Below are positions 60,084 through 64,000 of a stretch of 64,000 bases of DNA, in pieces (positions within the stretch are counted from its first letter, which is position 1; each line of letters starts with the position of its first letter). The translations under genes were made by a program, and so were the position numbers. Origin of the DNA: Flavobacteriaceae bacterium. GTDB taxonomy: Bacteria; Bacteroidota; Bacteroidia; Flavobacteriales; Flavobacteriaceae. Under the pieces are notes generated by a model. It ran no database searches. It was not told where the DNA came from and worked only from the letters and a program-made list of their open reading frames with translations. The stretch lies in NCBI GenBank assembly GCA_003963025.1, contig RXJZ01000039.1:3249-67248 (forward strand). Direction: 5' to 3'.

Positions 60084-61478
60084 CTATTTTTTAAATTTAG
60101 AAATCGTTTTTTGAACTTCCGTTCTTTCCCAAACTACTGGGAATAATTCTTGGAACAAAGTTAGATGTTTTGGTTGTAATTTCATTCCATTAATTAAATG
60201 AAGATTTCCTTTTGTAACATCGTCCATAAGAAAATACAATCCAGCCAAACGGTATTCGATTTCATATTCATCTGGTAAAACACTACTTGCCTCTAAAAGA
60301 ATTTCGATAGCGGTTTCAAATTCACCTAAATATTGTAAAACATCCGTCCAAAGTGTGAAAGTATCTAGATTAATGTCACCACATCCAAACGCTTTTCGGT
60401 AGCCGTATTCTGCTTCTTCAAAGAAATGTAAAGCACTATTTACCGCAGCAAAACGTTTCCAGTATAAAGAGTTGTCTCCATCAATTCCAATCGCTTTGTT
60501 AACATAGTACAGCGCTTTTTGGAAGTTTTTTTGACGAATATAAAAATCAGTAATTGCAATCCAACCTTTGTCTAACAATGGATCTTCATGAACTGTTTTT
60601 AAGTAGTAATTTAGAGCAAATTCGGTATTGCCTAAACGTTCGTAACATTTTGCTACACGAAGCAATACAAAAGAAGAAGGATCGTCCAATTCTAATGTAA
60701 TATTGTAACAATCAATTGCTTCTTGATATTTTTTTAGCTTTTCGTACGATTTAGCTTTCTCCATGTATGCCCCTAAGAAAGTTTCGTCAATTAAAGTAGC
60801 ATAATCGAAAGCCCAAACTGCTTTTTCATAGTTTTTCAACGCATAATATTGGCGTCCTAATTGGTGCCAAGCGACTTCGCTATAGGGATTTCTGTCAATG
60901 AATCGGTTTAGATAAACGATAGCTTCTTCATTTTGATCTAAGAAATCAAAACAATACACCACGTTATAAAGTGCAGAGTAATCTTCTGTGTCTTCATCTA
61001 AACATTTGATGAAATTTTCTTTCGCCATTTCTAAATTGTCCATGAAAAGATATTCCATCCCAATCATAGAATACACATCAGCATAATCATCCGTATACTT
61101 CAAAGCAATTTTCAAATATGAAATAGCCTTTTCGTGTTCGTCTCTTTTAGAATGTATGTTGGCTTTTTGAATGTAGATTTCTTCGTTAGTTGGTTCTATG
61201 GCGTACAACTCGTTCAGTAACTTTTCCGCAATATCGAGTTTGTCTTCATAAACCAACATTTCTACTTGAACTAATTTTAATCCAGTAGATTTTGGATGTT
61301 GTTCTAAACCTAATTTAAGCGCTTTTTTGGCCAAATTCAATCGACCTGTATCCATGTAATGAAGAATAATATCTTCAAACTCTTCTGAATCAAAGAAAAA
61401 AACTTTGTTGGTTTTTAACATCGATTCAAATTTAGATAAGGACAAGCTGTTTTCTTCTTCTTCGTGACTCAAATTCAT
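60084..61478 (-). CDS. Tetratricopeptide repeat protein
   Basis: Multiple TPR units and the N-terminal FFDSEEFEDII. Confidence 0.85.
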   Translation of the reverse strand: MNLSHEEEENSLSLSKFESMLKTNKVFFFDSEEFEDIILHYMDTGRLNLAKKALKLGLEQHPKSTGLKLVQVEMLVYEDKLDIAEKLLNELYAIEPTNEEIYIQKANIHSKRDEHEKAISYLKIALKYTDDYADVYSMIGMEYLFMDNLEMAKENFIKCLDEDTEDYSALYNVVYCFDFLDQNEEAIVYLNRFIDRNPYSEVAWHQLGRQYYALKNYEKAVWAFDYATLIDETFLGAYMEKAKSYEKLKKYQEAIDCYNITLELDDPSSFVLLRVAKCYERLGNTEFALNYYLKTVHEDPLLDKGWIAITDFYIRQKNFQKALYYVNKAIGIDGDNSLYWKRFAAVNSALHFFEEAEYGYRKAFGCGDINLDTFTLWTDVLQYLGEFETAIEILLEASSVLPDEYEIEYRLAGLYFLMDDVTKGNLHLINGMKLQPKHLTLFQELFPVVWERTEVQKTISKFKK

Positions 61479-61752
61479 AGCGCTTCGTTTTATGATTTTA
61501 TCCTTATTAAAAGTAAGGAATTATATTGGGGTAGTGGTTTGGGGTTTGAATTGTTTTAAACAATTTAATTAACAATTTACAAGTACAAGAGCAAGGTCAA
61601 AAATCAATTTCCAAATTTAATAAGTGAAACGCTCTGTGTATCTCTTATCTACATAATCAAAATCAAAAAAAACTCTGCGAATCTCTGTGTAAAGCAAATT
61701 CAAGTTTAATCTAAAATGAAAAATAATGATAAAACTTCTAACTCCCATCTTC

Positions 61753-62943
61753 CTACTTCATTTCTTTTTCTATCTCATTTAATACCTCAATAATAATGCC
61801 ACAACCTTTTGTAATTTCTTCATTACTAATGGTTAATGGCGGTGTAATTCGAACAGCGCAACCTTCGAAAAGGAGCCAGAATAAAATAACACCTCTTTTA
61901 TGACAACGAAGAATTACTTCATTTGTTATTTCAGGAGAATCGGTCATCGCAGCTAGCATAAGTCCTCGACCGCGAATTTCCTTGATTAATGGATGCACTA
62001 ATAGCTTCTTGAACAGTTGTTCTTTTTCTAAAGCTTCTTCCATTAAATTGGTTTCCGTTATTTCTTGTAACGTTGCTAAACTCGCTGCTGATATGACAGG
62101 ATGTCCGCCAAAAGTGGTAATATGTCCAAGTTTTGGATCGTGACTTAGTAAATCCATCATTTCTGCTGAAGCGGTGAAAGCTCCAACAGGCATTCCACCA
62201 CCCATTCCTTTTCCCATAACCACCACATCGGGAATAACATCGTAGTTTTGAAATCCGAAAAGTTTTCCTGTACGACCAAATCCGGGTTGGATTTCGTCTA
62301 ATATCATGATAGCGCCCACTTCGTTACAACGTTGTCGAACTTTTTTAAGAAAATCGTTTTGCGGTTCAATAAAACCAGCACCACCTTGAATCGTTTCTAA
62401 TAAAACTCCTGCTGTTTTGGTAGTGATTTTTTCTAAATCCGCTTCATTATTGAACGTGATAAAATCCACATCAGGAATTAACGGACGAAAAATTTGCTTG
62501 CGTTCTTCAAATCCCATCACACTCATACTCCCCATGGTGTTACCATGATATGCATTGTGGCATGAGATTAATTGACTTCTTCCTGTAACTCTTCGAGCTA
62601 ATTTTAAAGCGCCTTCAATAGCTTCTGTTCCTGAGTTAACCAAATAGGTTTTCGTAAGTGGATAGGGCAAATGTTCTGCTAACAACTTACATAATTCTGT
62701 TGCTGGATGTTGGGCATATTCGCCATACACCATCACATGAGAGTAAGTATCTAATTGTTTTTTAATAGCATCATTTACGCGCTGTGGCTGATGCCCTAAA
62801 GTGTTTGCTGAAACTCCGGCAACCATATCTAAATAAGGATTGCCATCAGTGTCGTAAATATAAGAACCCTTAGCATGGGAAATTTCCATTGCTAATGGGT
62901 GAGGTGAGGTTTGTGCTTGGTATTTAAAAAAATCTTCAATCAT
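61753..62943 (-). CDS. Class-III PLP aminotransferase (acetylornithine aminotransferase-like)
   Basis: NSGTEA, YHG.T, DEIQPGFGRTG, GKGMGGG and TTFGG. Confidence 0.88.
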   Translation of the reverse strand: MIEDFFKYQAQTSPHPLAMEISHAKGSYIYDTDGNPYLDMVAGVSANTLGHQPQRVNDAIKKQLDTYSHVMVYGEYAQHPATELCKLLAEHLPYPLTKTYLVNSGTEAIEGALKLARRVTGRSQLISCHNAYHGNTMGSMSVMGFEERKQIFRPLIPDVDFITFNNEADLEKITTKTAGVLLETIQGGAGFIEPQNDFLKKVRQRCNEVGAIMILDEIQPGFGRTGKLFGFQNYDVIPDVVVMGKGMGGGMPVGAFTASAEMMDLLSHDPKLGHITTFGGHPVISAASLATLQEITETNLMEEALEKEQLFKKLLVHPLIKEIRGRGLMLAAMTDSPEITNEVILRCHKRGVILFWLLFEGCAVRITPPLTISNEEITKGCGIIIEVLNEIEKEMK

Positions 62944-62993
62944 ATTTTTAGTGATTAGTAAAAAGTGATTAGTGATAAGTTAAATTTAACTAA

Positions 62994-64000
62994 TTACTTT
63001 TTACTCATTACTTTTTTTACTTCTAGTTTTTTATCTGATTTCTTTTCTTCTTTTTTGTTTTTAGAATCATATTCCAATGTTTCTTTTTGAATTTCCATTG
63101 GCTTTTCCGATTCAATAGCTTTCTTTTTAGCTTCGATTTGAATTTTATCGTCTAAAGCAATTTCTTCTTCAGGGAAAATATCGTCTTTACTTAAAATTCG
63201 CTCATCACCACGCCATAAGAAGCCTCTGAGTTTTCGAGCATTTTCTGGAAATTCACTTTCGGGATATATGTGACTATCGGTTTTGGTAAAGAAAGTAATT
63301 GAATTGATTTTATTTGCTTCTAATTCCAAATTAATTTTACTGCAAACCGTTTTGTTGATTCCGATAAACTCATTGGCATCGTTGTACATGTAATAAATAA
63401 CTTCGGCATTCTTTACAACATCAACTTCTTTTAGCTTATTGTCAAAAAATTTACCATACAAATTTTGTCCTTTAATTTGATTGTATCCATTTTTACTAAG
63501 ACTGTCTTTTTGGATGATGAAAGCGTTATTGAGTACTTTTAACGAATCTAATTGTTCGGTTTTATTGTTGCCAATTAAATGCATAACATCACCTGTCATT
63601 TGGTTGTCGTTGTTCCAAAGTATCGGTTTACCAATTAGTTTTGTTAATTCTGATTTGTTGTTAGACCATAATGAATCACATTTTCCACTCATGTCGGTTT
63701 TGTAGAATCGAACATTGTTAAAAGCTCGAATTACGCGATCTTCTTGCGGACCTGAAACAATGATTTTTTTGCCATGCATATACATCGTATCTTTTTCAAC
63801 CAATGTTTTTACTAAAGCTCTTTTGGTTAAAATCATTGAGTCTTTTTTGGTTGCAGCGTTTCTATATAATTCTGCGTAATGACCTGTTGCGATTACGTTG
63901 TTGATAGTATCAGTAATTTTTACATTGTTGATACCTCTCGAATAATTTTTCTTTCTGTCGTAATACAAATCATCACCTTCTATTATCTTATTGTCGAGGG
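62994..64000 (-). CDS. OstA/LptA-like protein (C-terminal part; start lies beyond the window)
   Basis: Beta-jellyroll-like repeats, SGKCDSL, NQIKG and LRGFLWRGDER. The frame continues to the window end. Confidence 0.75.
   Translation of the reverse strand, partial: LDNKIIEGDDLYYDRKKNYSRGINNVKITDTINNVIATGHYAELYRNAATKKDSMILTKRALVKTLVEKDTMYMHGKKIIVSGPQEDRVIRAFNNVRFYKTDMSGKCDSLWSNNKSELTKLIGKPILWNNDNQMTGDVMHLIGNNKTEQLDSLKVLNNAFIIQKDSLSKNGYNQIKGQNLYGKFFDNKLKEVDVVKNAEVIYYMYNDANEFIGINKTVCSKINLELEANKINSITFFTKTDSHIYPESEFPENARKLRGFLWRGDERILSKDDIFPEEEIALDDKIQIEAKKKAIESEKPMEIQKETLEYDSKNKKEEKKSDKKLEVKKVMSKK

Noticed and set aside
1838-63705. Numerous 60-160 aa antisense or nested ORFs in the ORF track
   Set aside because: They are shadows of well-supported genes and have no recognisable motifs.

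Overview
AT-rich chromosomal segment of a Flavobacterium-like member of the Bacteroidota. This call rests on gldI, a T9SS type-B CTD protein, bshC and TAnnTTTG promoters. Most of the window is core genome: an acyl-CoA carboxylase operon, rimO, proS, two tRNA-Glu genes, rpsT, typA, PPIases, a LytS/LytTR system, cca, tsaC, dapD, ruvX, def, mazG, aroE and an OstA-like protein, plus a surface-glycan modification cluster at about 42.3-49.4 kb. I saw no integrase, transposase, prophage, rRNA or CRISPR. The most interesting signals are small and mostly intergenic. (1) A GxxExxY PD-(D/E)XK nuclease gene is tightly bracketed by 18-bp inverted repeats built from tandem octamers (41346-41777), and apparent orphan arms and gene-less periodic repeats lie at other gene junctions. 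Together these are a candidate nuclease-driven minimal mobile element family. (2) An AT-rich pair of genes, an HExxH lipoprotein and a small secreted protein, has complementary GTT/AAC cores at its ends like an integron cassette and sits beside a REP cluster. (3) There are three copies of a covarying structured repeat (Flavo-1-like). (4) A REP-like unit appears embedded in frame in a radical SAM gene. (5) An identical FNR/CRP-like box lies at identical spacing upstream of two convergent genes. All family assignments come from motif recognition, not database searches.
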